Positions 1 through 8,887 of a stretch of 64,000 nucleotides of DNA are shown here, in pieces; within the stretch, counting starts at the first letter, position 1; each line of letters starts with the position of its first letter. The stretch covers positions 2,072 through 66,071 of the forward strand of contig CAZUZL010000005.1 in NCBI GenBank assembly GCA_964625065.1. The letters run 5' to 3'. A model generated the notes under the pieces. The model ran no database searches and was not told the DNA's origin. It saw only the letters and a list, made by a program, of their open reading frames with translations. A program made the translations under genes and the position numbers. The stretch comes from an uncultured Candidatus Saccharibacteria bacterium. GTDB lineage: Bacteria; Patescibacteriota; Minisyncoccia; Phycocordibacterales; UBA9973.

Positions 1-333
1 GAAGAATGGGGTTTTGTAGGGGCAGTATTGTTGCTGTTGCTTTACGGTATTATTTTCTGGCGTATATACGACACAGCCACAAAAGGTGAAACAAATTTCG
101 AAGTACTGTTTGGTGTCGGTGTGGCCATATATTTACTGGCACACATTATAATAAACATTGGTATGAACATTGGCATAATGCCCGTAACCGGTATACCACT
201 ACCACTAATGAGCTACGGTGGGTCGCATTTAGTTACAGAAATGTTAGCGTTAGGGTTACTGTCATCTACACGCCGTTATGCACGTGCAACCCAACGCAGT
301 AGCATGACCAGTATGTTAGTTGGTAGTATTTAA
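1..333 (+). CDS. rodA: SEDS-family rod shape-determining protein RodA/FtsW, 3' part (starts before window)
   Basis: Frame from base 1 reads EEWGFVG...GMNIGIMPVTGIPLPLMSYGGS, the SEDS C-terminal signature. Confidence 0.8.
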   Translation, partial: EEWGFVGAVLLLLLYGIIFWRIYDTATKGETNFEVLFGVGVAIYLLAHIIINIGMNIGIMPVTGIPLPLMSYGGSHLVTEMLALGLLSSTRRYARATQRSSMTSMLVGSI

Positions 334-343
334 TATATATAAA

Positions 344-961
344 ATGGACAACACACTTGATCTAAAAATTTTCAATACATTACATAGCTTGGCTTTTCAT
401 TATGCTTGGTTCGACAAACTTGTTATTTTTCTTTCAAATAATTTTGGTTATTTATTAATTTTAGTTTGTTTTGTGTATTTGCTTTTCAGACACATAGACC
501 CGTCTGACAAACACACCATCATTAATTGGCAGACACCACACCCCATACTACGTCGCCGTATTAAGGAAATTATATTTATTTTCGGTGGGGCAGGGTTTTC
601 TTGGCTGTTAGTTACTGGACTGAAGGACCTTTTTGTAAACCCACGGCCATTTATACTATACCCAAGTATTGAAACTTTGTTTCGTTTTGGTTCGTTCGAA
701 TCTTTTCCATCAGGTCACTCTGCATTTTATGCTGCATTAGCTGTATCTATATTTGCATACCACCGTCGGGCAGGTATATGGTTTGCGGTAGGGGCAGTTG
801 TTATAGGTGTGTCACGTGTTATAGCTGGGGTGCATTTTCCACTAGATGTATTGTTTGGTTTTATATTTGGGGCGTCAGTAGCCACACTGGTCTATGCCAC
901 ATTCCGGGCACTAGCTAAACGCTATAAAAAACAAGTAGATTTTGTATTTGAAAAGCTATAA
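344..961 (+). CDS. PAP2-family phosphatase (undecaprenyl-diphosphate phosphatase-like)
   Basis: KxxxxxxRP, SFPSGH and SRxxxGVHFPxD motifs; hydrophobic segments; ATG at 344. Confidence 0.9.
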   Translation: MDNTLDLKIFNTLHSLAFHYAWFDKLVIFLSNNFGYLLILVCFVYLLFRHIDPSDKHTIINWQTPHPILRRRIKEIIFIFGGAGFSWLLVTGLKDLFVNPRPFILYPSIETLFRFGSFESFPSGHSAFYAALAVSIFAYHRRAGIWFAVGAVVIGVSRVIAGVHFPLDVLFGFIFGASVATLVYATFRALAKRYKKQVDFVFEKL

Positions 962-990
962 ACCCTTGTTCTACAAGGTTTTAATATCTA

Positions 991-1019
991 TTGACTTTAT
1001 ATACAAATAGGTGTATAAT
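991..1019 (+). promoter_or_regulatory. sigma70-type promoter
   Basis: TTGACT-17 nt-TATAAT upstream of ORF 1064. Confidence 0.7.
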
Positions 1020-1063
1020 ACAGATATAATTTTAAGTTTTTTAACCTTTAATAATCTGTAAGC

Positions 1064-1750
1064 ATGACACAAAATGTAGGCAGTATGACTCGTGGCCAAG
1101 GCAACGAAATACTAAACCAAATCGAAAACGCCTGTAAAGAAATGGGTGTAAATCCTGAAGAAATAACAAGTGAATTTATTCGCGAAAAATATTTCTTTCA
1201 GAAAAGTATTGATTATATTTCTGCAAAGAAGGCAGAAAAAACAAAATCTTTTGTTGAAATCAAAACTTTAACTTCTGACGGCCGTACCGGCGAGCAATTC
1301 TTGTCTGATTTAGAAAAGGCAGGATTGTCGTTTAGTGGCTTCACCAAAACCATGATGAAAGGTAAAGAATTCAACGCGACAGTTACTACTGGTACGAAGT
1401 ACCGCATTGCTGTCATAAAAGGCGAGGAATTTACTGATGAAGATCGCAACATTGCAAACATCCGCAATGAAATTGCAAAGTTGGGTGGAATTATGCCACC
1501 GGCAGAACTATCTCCCTTGCTGCGTTTGAATTTTTCAGATGAAGAAATCAAAGCACTGGGTTTGTCGTGGATAATACCAGTACACGAACCTATCGATGAT
1601 TCCAGTGGCCGCCCGGAATTGCTCGGCCTCCGCGCCAGCAAACTCGACAACCAGTTGAATGCCTACTATAGCCACGGGGCGTATGGGTGGGATATCAAGA
1701 GTGGTTTTGCCTTCCTGCTTCCGCTCGGTACTGATGTTTTAGAATCTTAA
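1064..1750 (+). CDS. Hypothetical protein; C-terminus resembles CPR DGR-target (CLec-like) proteins
   Basis: 228-aa ORF with own promoter and terminator; ends HEPIDDSSGRP...LNAY...W...GFAF. Confidence 0.6.
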   Translation: MTQNVGSMTRGQGNEILNQIENACKEMGVNPEEITSEFIREKYFFQKSIDYISAKKAEKTKSFVEIKTLTSDGRTGEQFLSDLEKAGLSFSGFTKTMMKGKEFNATVTTGTKYRIAVIKGEEFTDEDRNIANIRNEIAKLGGIMPPAELSPLLRLNFSDEEIKALGLSWIIPVHEPIDDSSGRPELLGLRASKLDNQLNAYYSHGAYGWDIKSGFAFLLPLGTDVLES

Positions 1751-1885
1751 TGTTTTCTGGACTAAGTTCTTTGCTCTTCCGTATAATCTTCCCTTAACAA
1801 AGGGGAGATTTTTTTATTTTCCGCCATAAGTCGGGCATATGGCAAGTGTTGCAATTTTGTCAAAAGTCTATAAAATAAAGGAATT

Positions 1886-3298
1886 ATGTGGAAAACAAGA
1901 ATTACAGCGCTGATCGTCCTTATTCTGGCAGCAGGATTGGGGTATTTTGTATATACATCAGAAATGAAGGCTTCAATAGCAAATGAAGCCCCAACAGCTG
2001 ATGCCGTACAACCAAAGAAAACATTCATGAACAGTCATGGTTTTAAATTAGGTCTTGACCTTAAAGGTGGTTCACACTTGGTTTACCAGGCTGACGTAAC
2101 TACCGTTAAGGGCGACGTAGGCGAAGCCATGGCGTCACTACGTGACGTTATCGAACGCCGTGTTAACGCACTTGGCCTATCAGAACCTATGGTTACTGTA
2201 GAAAACGCAGGTTTTACTAATGGTGGCGAACATCGTTTAATAGTAGACCTACCAGGTGTAACAGATATTAACCAAGCTATAAAACAAATTGGCGAAACAC
2301 CTGTACTTGAATTTAAAACTAAAAACCCAAACCCAGCCCCACAACAAATTACTGTTGGTAAAGACGGTACTGCAAACATTGTTGTAGACCCAAACAACGA
2401 ATGGGTGCCAACTGGTCTAACGGGCGCATACCTTGACCACACAGCAGTTGAATTTGATCAAACAACAAACGAACCAAAAGTTTCGTTGGTGTTTAACAAA
2501 GAAGGTGCAGCATTGTTCGAAAAAATAACTTCTGAAAATATTGGTAAACAAGTTGCTATATTCCTAGATGGGGGCATACTTTCAGCACCAAATGTAAACG
2601 AAAAAATTACAGGTGGTTCAGCTGTTATTTCAGGTAACTTTACACCAAAGGCAGCGAAGGATTTGTCTGACCGCTTGAACTTTGGTGCATTACCTGTTTC
2701 AGTAAACCTTGTTTCTACACAAACTATCGGGGCTTCACTTGGAACTAACGCAGTACATGCTGGTGTTAAGGCTGGTATTGTTGGTTTCCTACTAGTAGCA
2801 CTATTTCTAATACTTTGGTACAGACTACCGGGTATTATTGCAGTGCTTTCACTTTCTGTTTACGTTCTGATTGTTCTAACAATATTTAAAATGATACCAG
2901 TTACATTAACTGCAGCAGGTATTGCTGGGTTTATTATATCTATCGGTACTGCCGTGGATGCAAACATACTTATATTCGAACGCATGAAAGAAGAATTGCG
3001 TCGTGGCAAAGACCTATCAGGTGCTATACGTGCAGGTTACGACCGTGCATGGACATCTATCCGTGATGCAAACATTTCTTCTATTATTACAGGTGTAATA
3101 TTGTACAGTTTTGGTACAGTGTTAATCAAAGGTTTTGCACTAACACTTATTATTGGTATGTTGGTTGCACTATTTTCAGCTATTACTGTTAGTCGGGTGT
3201 TTATATACGCACTATCTATAAAACGCCAAAACAAATTTGTTTCATTCTTGTTCGGTTCAGGTTTCCGCGTTATCAAGTCGTCGAACAATGCCAACTAA
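1886..3298 (+). CDS. secD: Protein translocase subunit SecD
   Basis: LGLDLKGG, ERRVNALG, GTAVDANILIFERMKEE motifs. Confidence 0.97.
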   Translation: MWKTRITALIVLILAAGLGYFVYTSEMKASIANEAPTADAVQPKKTFMNSHGFKLGLDLKGGSHLVYQADVTTVKGDVGEAMASLRDVIERRVNALGLSEPMVTVENAGFTNGGEHRLIVDLPGVTDINQAIKQIGETPVLEFKTKNPNPAPQQITVGKDGTANIVVDPNNEWVPTGLTGAYLDHTAVEFDQTTNEPKVSLVFNKEGAALFEKITSENIGKQVAIFLDGGILSAPNVNEKITGGSAVISGNFTPKAAKDLSDRLNFGALPVSVNLVSTQTIGASLGTNAVHAGVKAGIVGFLLVALFLILWYRLPGIIAVLSLSVYVLIVLTIFKMIPVTLTAAGIAGFIISIGTAVDANILIFERMKEELRRGKDLSGAIRAGYDRAWTSIRDANISSIITGVILYSFGTVLIKGFALTLIIGMLVALFSAITVSRVFIYALSIKRQNKFVSFLFGSGFRVIKSSNNAN

Positions 3299-3337
3299 CC
3301 CTGTACGCTAATCACTTACCACTAATCACTAAAAAAT

Positions 3338-4234
3338 ATGTTTATCATTAAATACAAAAAATTCTTCATTTCACTTTCAGTACTACTTGTTGCTGGTTCT
3401 ATAGTTGCAATTAGTGCATTTGGTTTGCCACTAGGTATAGACTTCAAAGGTGGTGCATTAACTGAAGTTGCGTACACTACAGAACACCCAACCGTCGAAG
3501 TTCTATCTGCTGAAATAAAAACCTTAAACTTTGGCGAAGCAACATTGCAACCAACAGGCGACACTGGTTACTTTATTAAAACTCGTGCATTGTCAGAAAC
3601 AGAACGCGAACAGCTTTTAGCTACTATTAGTTCTGGTACAACAGGTACAGCGAGTTTGAAAAGTTACACATCTATTGGTCCGTCAGTAGGGCACGAACTT
3701 ACTCGTAAAATGATATTAGCAATTATATTTGTTGCACTGGCTATTATATTATTTATTGCATATGCATTCCGTAATGTTACACGTCCAGTATCTAGTTGGA
3801 AATATGGTTTTATTGCCATCGTTACACTTATACACGACATTATGATTCCGATCGGCGTGTTTGCTATCTTGGCCCGCAGTTATGGTGCCGAAGTAGACAC
3901 ACTGTTTGTGGTGGCTATATTAACTGTACTTGGTTTGTCTATATCAGACACTATTGTTGTGTTCGACCGTATCCGTGAAAACATTCGTGTTACTAAATAC
4001 GCAACATTTTCTGAAACAGTTGGCCATTCATTAAAGGAAGTTATAACACGTTCTATCAACACTTCTGCAACTGTTATTATGGTGTTGCTTGCGTTATTCT
4101 TCTTCGGTCCATCTACAACCCGCGTGTTTGCTCTTATGATGACAGCCGGTATGTTTTTCGGAGCATATTCATCTATATTCCTAGCGTCACCACTATTGGT
4201 CTATGTAGAACAATGGCAAAAAGGCAAGAAATAA
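3338..4234 (+). CDS. secF: Protein translocase subunit SecF
   Basis: LGIDFKGG, DTIVVFDRIREN motifs; follows secD. Confidence 0.97.
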   Translation: MFIIKYKKFFISLSVLLVAGSIVAISAFGLPLGIDFKGGALTEVAYTTEHPTVEVLSAEIKTLNFGEATLQPTGDTGYFIKTRALSETEREQLLATISSGTTGTASLKSYTSIGPSVGHELTRKMILAIIFVALAIILFIAYAFRNVTRPVSSWKYGFIAIVTLIHDIMIPIGVFAILARSYGAEVDTLFVVAILTVLGLSISDTIVVFDRIRENIRVTKYATFSETVGHSLKEVITRSINTSATVIMVLLALFFFGPSTTRVFALMMTAGMFFGAYSSIFLASPLLVYVEQWQKGKK

Positions 4235-4244
4235 AATTCGTATA

Positions 4245-4284
4245 AAAGTAACCCCGTCGCTCGCGAACGACGGGGTTTTACTTT
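4245..4284 (+). terminator. Intrinsic terminator after secF
   Basis: AACCCCGTCG...CGACGGGGTT stem followed by T-rich tail. Confidence 0.7.
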
Positions 4285-4334
4285 GGGGGGTGGGGGCGGT
4301 ATAATAGGGGGTATACAAATTAACACATAAAAAC

Positions 4335-4889
4335 ATGATACTTTACATTATTTTAGGCATTATTGCAGTTATTATTATCTGGTTCGTTGTTTCTTACAAC
4401 GGTTTTGTTGCGTTTGTTAACCGTGCAAAGGAAGCCTGGGCAGACATAGACGTACAACTAAAACGCCGTTACGACCTTATACCAAACCTAGTAAACACAG
4501 TTAAGGGTTATGCTACACATGAATCTAGCGCATTTGAAAACGTAACTAAGGCCCGTGCAGCAGCTATGGGTGCAGGTACACCAGCTGAAAAAGGCGCAGC
4601 AGAAAACATGTTGTCTGGTACATTAAAATCTTTGTTTGCTATAACAGAAGCTTACCCTGAACTTAAAGCTAACGAAAACTTTATGTCTTTACAACGCGAA
4701 CTGTCAGACACAGAAGACAAAATACAAGCATCTCGCCGGTTCTACAACGGTAACGTTCGCGACCTAAACACAAAAATAGAAATGTTCCCGGGTAACATTA
4801 TCGCTGGTATGTTCGGTTTCGCTAAAATGGAATTATTCCAATTAGAAGCTGGTAGTGAAGAAAGAAATGCAGTAGAAGTAAAATTCTAG
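4335..4889 (+). CDS. lemA: LemA family protein
   Basis: AWADIDVQLKRRYDLIPNLV, EAYPELKAN, RRFYN motifs. Confidence 0.95.
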   Translation: MILYIILGIIAVIIIWFVVSYNGFVAFVNRAKEAWADIDVQLKRRYDLIPNLVNTVKGYATHESSAFENVTKARAAAMGAGTPAEKGAAENMLSGTLKSLFAITEAYPELKANENFMSLQRELSDTEDKIQASRRFYNGNVRDLNTKIEMFPGNIIAGMFGFAKMELFQLEAGSEERNAVEVKF

Positions 4890-4939
4890 TAAAAAAAGTA
4901 CAAAACGAACAGTATAATTAAATAATAAAAAATTAAAAT

Positions 4940-5437
4940 ATGAACACTCAAATAAAACAACGACTACTGATAATACTAATACTTACCGTTTTGGTAATGG
5001 TTGGTTTATATGTATGGAAGAATTCTAATAAAACAGTTAAAAGCCCAAGCTTTATCGAAGAACCAGTTTCTACTGTTGTTGGCCCAGCTGTGTTAACTGG
5101 TGCTGGTACAGATACTGCGAAAGATTTATCGGCTTTTTCTATTATGCCTGGCACTAAGGTACACGGCATACTTTCGTACAGGGGTACTATATCAGGCGGG
5201 TATTTCTTTGAAGGTAATATTTTAATCAATATACTAGACGCAAATAAAAAAGTTTTAAAGAATTCTAACGCAGTAGCAAAAACAGAATGGATGACTTCCG
5301 GCCCAGTAGACTTTGAAGGTAACATAGACTTTACCAATATAGCCAAAGGCCCGGCATATCTAGAAATACATAACGACAATGCATCTGGTTTACCAGAAAA
5401 AGATAAAAGTGTGTTAATACCAATAACAATATATTAG
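4940..5437 (+). CDS. Membrane-anchored Gmad2-type immunoglobulin-like domain protein
   Basis: N-terminal TM helix; GYFFEG...EWMT...F...DNASGLPE pattern. Confidence 0.75.
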   Translation: MNTQIKQRLLIILILTVLVMVGLYVWKNSNKTVKSPSFIEEPVSTVVGPAVLTGAGTDTAKDLSAFSIMPGTKVHGILSYRGTISGGYFFEGNILINILDANKKVLKNSNAVAKTEWMTSGPVDFEGNIDFTNIAKGPAYLEIHNDNASGLPEKDKSVLIPITIY

Positions 5438-5470
5438 TTTACAGTGTACAGTTAACAGTTTACAGAGTAG
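5436..5470 (+). repeat. Tandem heptamer array (AGTKWAC-like x5), left flank of four-helix-bundle gene
   Basis: agtttac agtgtac agttaac agtttac agagtag. Confidence 0.85.
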
Positions 5471-5477
5471 TAATACA

Positions 5478-5843
5478 ATGGAAAACACGAAGAAAATTAA
5501 CTCATTCAAAGATTTGATAGTTTGGCAAAAAGGTATGTTGATTCTAAAATTGACTTATACTATTACAAGCAAACTTCCACAAAGTGAAATGTTCGGCCTG
5601 GCTTCTCAGTTGCGTCGTTGTGCCTTATCAATTCCTTCAAATATATCAGAAGGACAAGGTAGGGGAACTAGAAAAGATTTCGCTAATTTTCTACATATAG
5701 CACTAGGTTCATTATCTGAATTAGAAACACAAATATTGTTTTTAGAATCAGAATATAAAAATATTTCGATTGGAAATATACTTACTGAAATAGAGGAAGA
5801 AAGAAAAATGTTATCTAGTATGATTAAAAAATTAAAACAGTAA
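5478..5843 (+). CDS. Four helix bundle protein (23S rRNA IVP / S23 family)
   Basis: SFKDLIVWQK, E.FGL.SQLRR...SIPSNISEG.GR, IALGSLSELETQ. Confidence 0.92.
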   Translation: MENTKKINSFKDLIVWQKGMLILKLTYTITSKLPQSEMFGLASQLRRCALSIPSNISEGQGRGTRKDFANFLHIALGSLSELETQILFLESEYKNISIGNILTEIEEERKMLSSMIKKLKQ

Positions 5844-5854
5844 GTTTTATTTTT

Positions 5855-5889
5855 GTACACTGTTCACTGTCAACTATAAACTGTAAACT
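5855..5889 (-). repeat. Tandem heptamer array x5, inverted relative to 5436-5470
   Basis: gtacact gttcact gtcaact ataaact gtaaact = reverse complements of the left-array unit. Confidence 0.85.
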
Positions 5890-5895
5890 GGCTCT

Positions 5896-6804
5896 ATGGC
5901 AACTTTATACACACATCAAGACAGTAATACTCGCAAAACATGGCTACTTATGTCCGTGTTTTTGATCGTGGTTATTGCTATTGGTTTTGCATTTGCCCAG
6001 GTGTATAACAACCCAAACATACTATATGTATTTGTGGCTTTTAGTATATTAATGAACATTACTGGTTACTGGTTTTCAGACAAAATTGCACTTTCTATTG
6101 CTGGGGCAAAACCTGCAACCAGGGAAGAATATTTTGACTTGTATAACGTAGTTCAAAACCTTTCCATTACCGCTGGTCTACCTATGCCTAAGTTATATGT
6201 AATACCCGACAATGCACCAAACGCCTTTGCTACAGGGCGCGACAAGGACCACGCTGTGGTGGCGGTAACAACAGGTTTGCTGGCTATAATGAACAAAGTT
6301 GAACTAGAAGGTGTTATAGCCCACGAACTCTCACACATAGGTAACCGCGACATGTTGGTGTCTACAGTTGCAGTGGTATTAGTTGGCTTTATTTCTATTG
6401 TTTCTGATATGTTTATACGTACCACTATGTGGGGTGGTCGTAGTAACGACGACAGGGAAGGTAGTCCGCTAATAATGGTAGTTGGTATAGTTTTGTCTAT
6501 ACTTGCACCTATTGCTGCAACACTGTTGCAGTTTGCTATATCACGCAAACGTGAATTTTTAGCCGACGCGTCTGGTGCGTTGCTGACACGCTACCCACAG
6601 GGTTTGGCAAGTGCATTAGCTAAACTACGCGACTATAGTGTGCCTATGCAAAAACAGTCTACAGCTATAGCGCATTTGTACATTTCAAACCCATTCGGTG
6701 AAGGTAGTAGTTTCGGTAAATCCGCCAGCTGGCGGATAGGTAATTTATTTTCTACACACCCGCCACTAGAAGATAGGATAAAGGTATTAATGGAAAACAG
6801 ATAA
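5896..6804 (+). CDS. htpX: M48 zinc metalloprotease HtpX
   Basis: PNAFATG, HELSH zinc motif, SRKREFLAD, STHPP. Confidence 0.95.
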   Translation: MATLYTHQDSNTRKTWLLMSVFLIVVIAIGFAFAQVYNNPNILYVFVAFSILMNITGYWFSDKIALSIAGAKPATREEYFDLYNVVQNLSITAGLPMPKLYVIPDNAPNAFATGRDKDHAVVAVTTGLLAIMNKVELEGVIAHELSHIGNRDMLVSTVAVVLVGFISIVSDMFIRTTMWGGRSNDDREGSPLIMVVGIVLSILAPIAATLLQFAISRKREFLADASGALLTRYPQGLASALAKLRDYSVPMQKQSTAIAHLYISNPFGEGSSFGKSASWRIGNLFSTHPPLEDRIKVLMENR

Positions 6805-6964
6805 TACATTTGGAATTTCTTTAATTAATTGGTAATATAGTGGCGAACTTGTTCATTTAATTTTTCAGCAGTTACTATTATTAAAGGTGCTGCGAAGGCC
6901 CACATGCATTTTGTATGTCCGCCTGGGTGTATTGTTCTCGCTAGGCGGGAAGGGTGCCCCCGAA

Positions 6965-7051
6965 GGAGACGTCGCATAGCGGTCTAGTGCACTACCTTGG
7001 AAAGGTGGCAGGGTGTTAAAGCCCTCGGAAGTTCAAATCTTCTCGTCTCCT
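6965..7051 (+). tRNA. tRNA-Ser(GGA)
   Basis: Acceptor GGAGACG/CGTCTCC, anticodon loop TTGGAAA, long variable arm, GTTCAAATC T-loop. Confidence 0.92.
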
Positions 7052-7246
7052 CACACTAAAGTTAAACCTGACTTCGGTCAGGTATTTTAGTGTGAGGAGA
7101 CACAGCAAGTAAACTGCTTTACTTGCGTGAGAGATTTGAACGCCGGAAGATAAAATTTTTAGCAGAAAATTTTCTGAGGCGGTGCCCAGCCCGAGCCGAG
7201 TGGTCCGACGAGGCGAGAGGCGAGGGAAAATCTTCTCGTCTCCTCA
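7035..7246. mobile_element. Structured 193-bp element bounded by 19-bp direct repeat of the tRNA-Ser 3' end
   Basis: AAATCTTCTCGTCTCCTCA at 7035-7053 and 7228-7246; internal hairpins. Confidence 0.65.
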
Positions 7247-7268
7247 ATATTTATAGTATAATTAAAAC

Positions 7269-7664
7269 ATGGAAGAATTAAAAAATTTAGCCGACAGATC
7301 AATAGAAAGCTTAAAAACTATGCAACACCCCATTGTGCGTGTTTGTGGTCCATTAACTACTGGCCCACATAGTTACGACGAAAATATTAAAAGGTTTGCA
7401 AAAGCCGAAGCTGTTCTGACTGAAAAAGGTTACAATGTTTTTTATCTAGATGACACAGAAAACGAAATACAGGGCAAAAATTATTCTTGGCCCGATATAC
7501 AACAATATTTCCATGAACCAATATTGCGCTCAGGTCTAATAGATATGGCTTTCTTTTTACCAGACTGGCAGGCATCTACAGGGGCAACTTGGGAACATAA
7601 CATAATAGAAAAAGAAACAAATATAAAAATAGAATATATAGAAGAAAGTTGGTTAAACGACTAA
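7269..7664 (+). CDS. DUF4406-like (nucleoside deoxyribosyltransferase-fold) protein
   Basis: VCGPLT...N..RF..AE..L..KG and FLPDWQ.S.GA.WEH motifs. Confidence 0.65.
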   Translation: MEELKNLADRSIESLKTMQHPIVRVCGPLTTGPHSYDENIKRFAKAEAVLTEKGYNVFYLDDTENEIQGKNYSWPDIQQYFHEPILRSGLIDMAFFLPDWQASTGATWEHNIIEKETNIKIEYIEESWLND

Positions 7665-7786
7665 AAACGACGTGTATTGCAATACTCCATATGTGTGTTA
7701 CACTACAGATGTATTTTGGTATGTTTGCCTATGTGCGTAGCATTATCAAAATAGGTCAAATTTAGCACATAAGCAAAAACATATAT

Positions 7787-8143
7787 ATGGCAGTAAAACT
7801 GTATGTGAGTTCTCTACCGTACTCTGTACGCGACGAGGCTCTAAAAGACTTCTTTGCCCCAGCTGGCGAAGTAGTTAGTGCGCAAGTCGTCATGGAACGC
7901 GAAACTAACCGCTCTCGCGGGTTCGGTTTCGTAGAAATGGCTGACGAAGCCCAAGCCAACAAAGCTATCGAAATGCTCGATGGTAAAGAAATGGACGGCC
8001 GCACAATTCATATTGCTATTGCACGCCCTAAAGAAGAAGGCGCGCCTCGTCGTTCAAACGGTGGTGGTTACCAGGGTGGTAACGGTGGTAGTTATGGTGG
8101 CAATCGCGACGGAGGTTTCCGTGGCGGTCGTGGCCGAGAATAA
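7787..8143 (+). CDS. RRM (RNP-1) RNA-binding protein with Gly-rich tail
   Basis: KLYVSSL and SRGFGFVEM motifs. Confidence 0.95.
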   Translation: MAVKLYVSSLPYSVRDEALKDFFAPAGEVVSAQVVMERETNRSRGFGFVEMADEAQANKAIEMLDGKEMDGRTIHIAIARPKEEGAPRRSNGGGYQGGNGGSYGGNRDGGFRGGRGRE

Positions 8144-8159
8144 TAGAAATAATATTCTT

Positions 8160-8193
8160 ATACAAAAACTCCCTGAAAGGGGAGTTTTTGTAT
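8160..8193. terminator. Bidirectional terminator between RRM gene and tRNA-Ser
   Basis: ATACAAAAACTCCC...GGGAGTTTTTGTAT inverted repeat. Confidence 0.75.
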
Positions 8194-8195
8194 TG

Positions 8196-8282
8196 CGGAA
8201 ACGATGAGATTTGAACTCATGATACAGTTGCCTGTATGTCGGTTTTCGAAACCGGTGCCTTCAACCTCTCAGCCACGTTTCC
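8196..8282 (-). tRNA. tRNA-Ser(CGA)
   Basis: Reverse strand GGAAACG...CGTTTCC-G, anticodon loop TTCGAAA, long variable arm. Confidence 0.92.
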
Positions 8283-8365
8283 ATAAACACAACTCTACTA
8301 CCAATTAAGGAATTTGAAAAGCCGTTACTGTTTAGTAACGGCCTTCGGTTTTTGGGGTGGGGTTT

Positions 8366-8746
8366 CTAAGCAACTAGTCGCATTTCTACGATTTGTTCAT
8401 AAAATATTTCATATTTTTCAGGTACTGTACTGTAATTTTTAAAGTCGGATAGTTTAATGCCAACTTCACAGGCCTTTTTAGTTAGTCTGTTGTATACAGC
8501 AATTGCTTTTTCGGCATAAACCTTTATTGCGGGTTTATTGCCTTCACTTTTTTTAACGAAAGATATAAGATGGTCTATTTCTAGGCGCATCCAGTCTTTC
8601 ATTTCTACAGGGCAAAATTTCTTCTCCGGTCGTTCGCCGGCTTCATGTGTTCTGGCACCTGTTTCGATGTCAGATTTAGAAATTAATACATTAGTTTTTG
8701 AAGCAGTTGCTTCAGCGGATCCGGAGTGTAATTTTTCTGGAATCAT
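8366..8746 (-). CDS. Hypothetical protein
   Basis: 126-aa ORF filling the gap between tRNA and helicase; hairpin downstream at ~8320-8343. Confidence 0.6.
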   Translation of the reverse strand: MIPEKLHSGSAEATASKTNVLISKSDIETGARTHEAGERPEKKFCPVEMKDWMRLEIDHLISFVKKSEGNKPAIKVYAEKAIAVYNRLTKKACEVGIKLSDFKNYSTVPEKYEIFYEQIVEMRLVA

Positions 8747-8887
8747 GTGCTAAAAATTTTGTTTAGTTGTTTTTAAGTACGAAAACTATCTCCCAATAGT
8801 ACTACTTTATCGGTAAACGTCAATAGTCAACAAATAAGAAGGTGGATAACTTCTTTAAATTTCTACGGCAAGGTATAATATACCAAT

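Noticed and set aside
5478-5843. DGR accessory protein Avd marking a complete DGR
   Set aside because: No reverse transcriptase or template repeat is adjacent; sequence fits the generic four-helix-bundle family.
6841-6964. SRP RNA or ZTP riboswitch
   Set aside because: SRP core motif absent. GTCCGCCTGGG recalls ZTP but the 5' domain does not match and the downstream gene is a tRNA.
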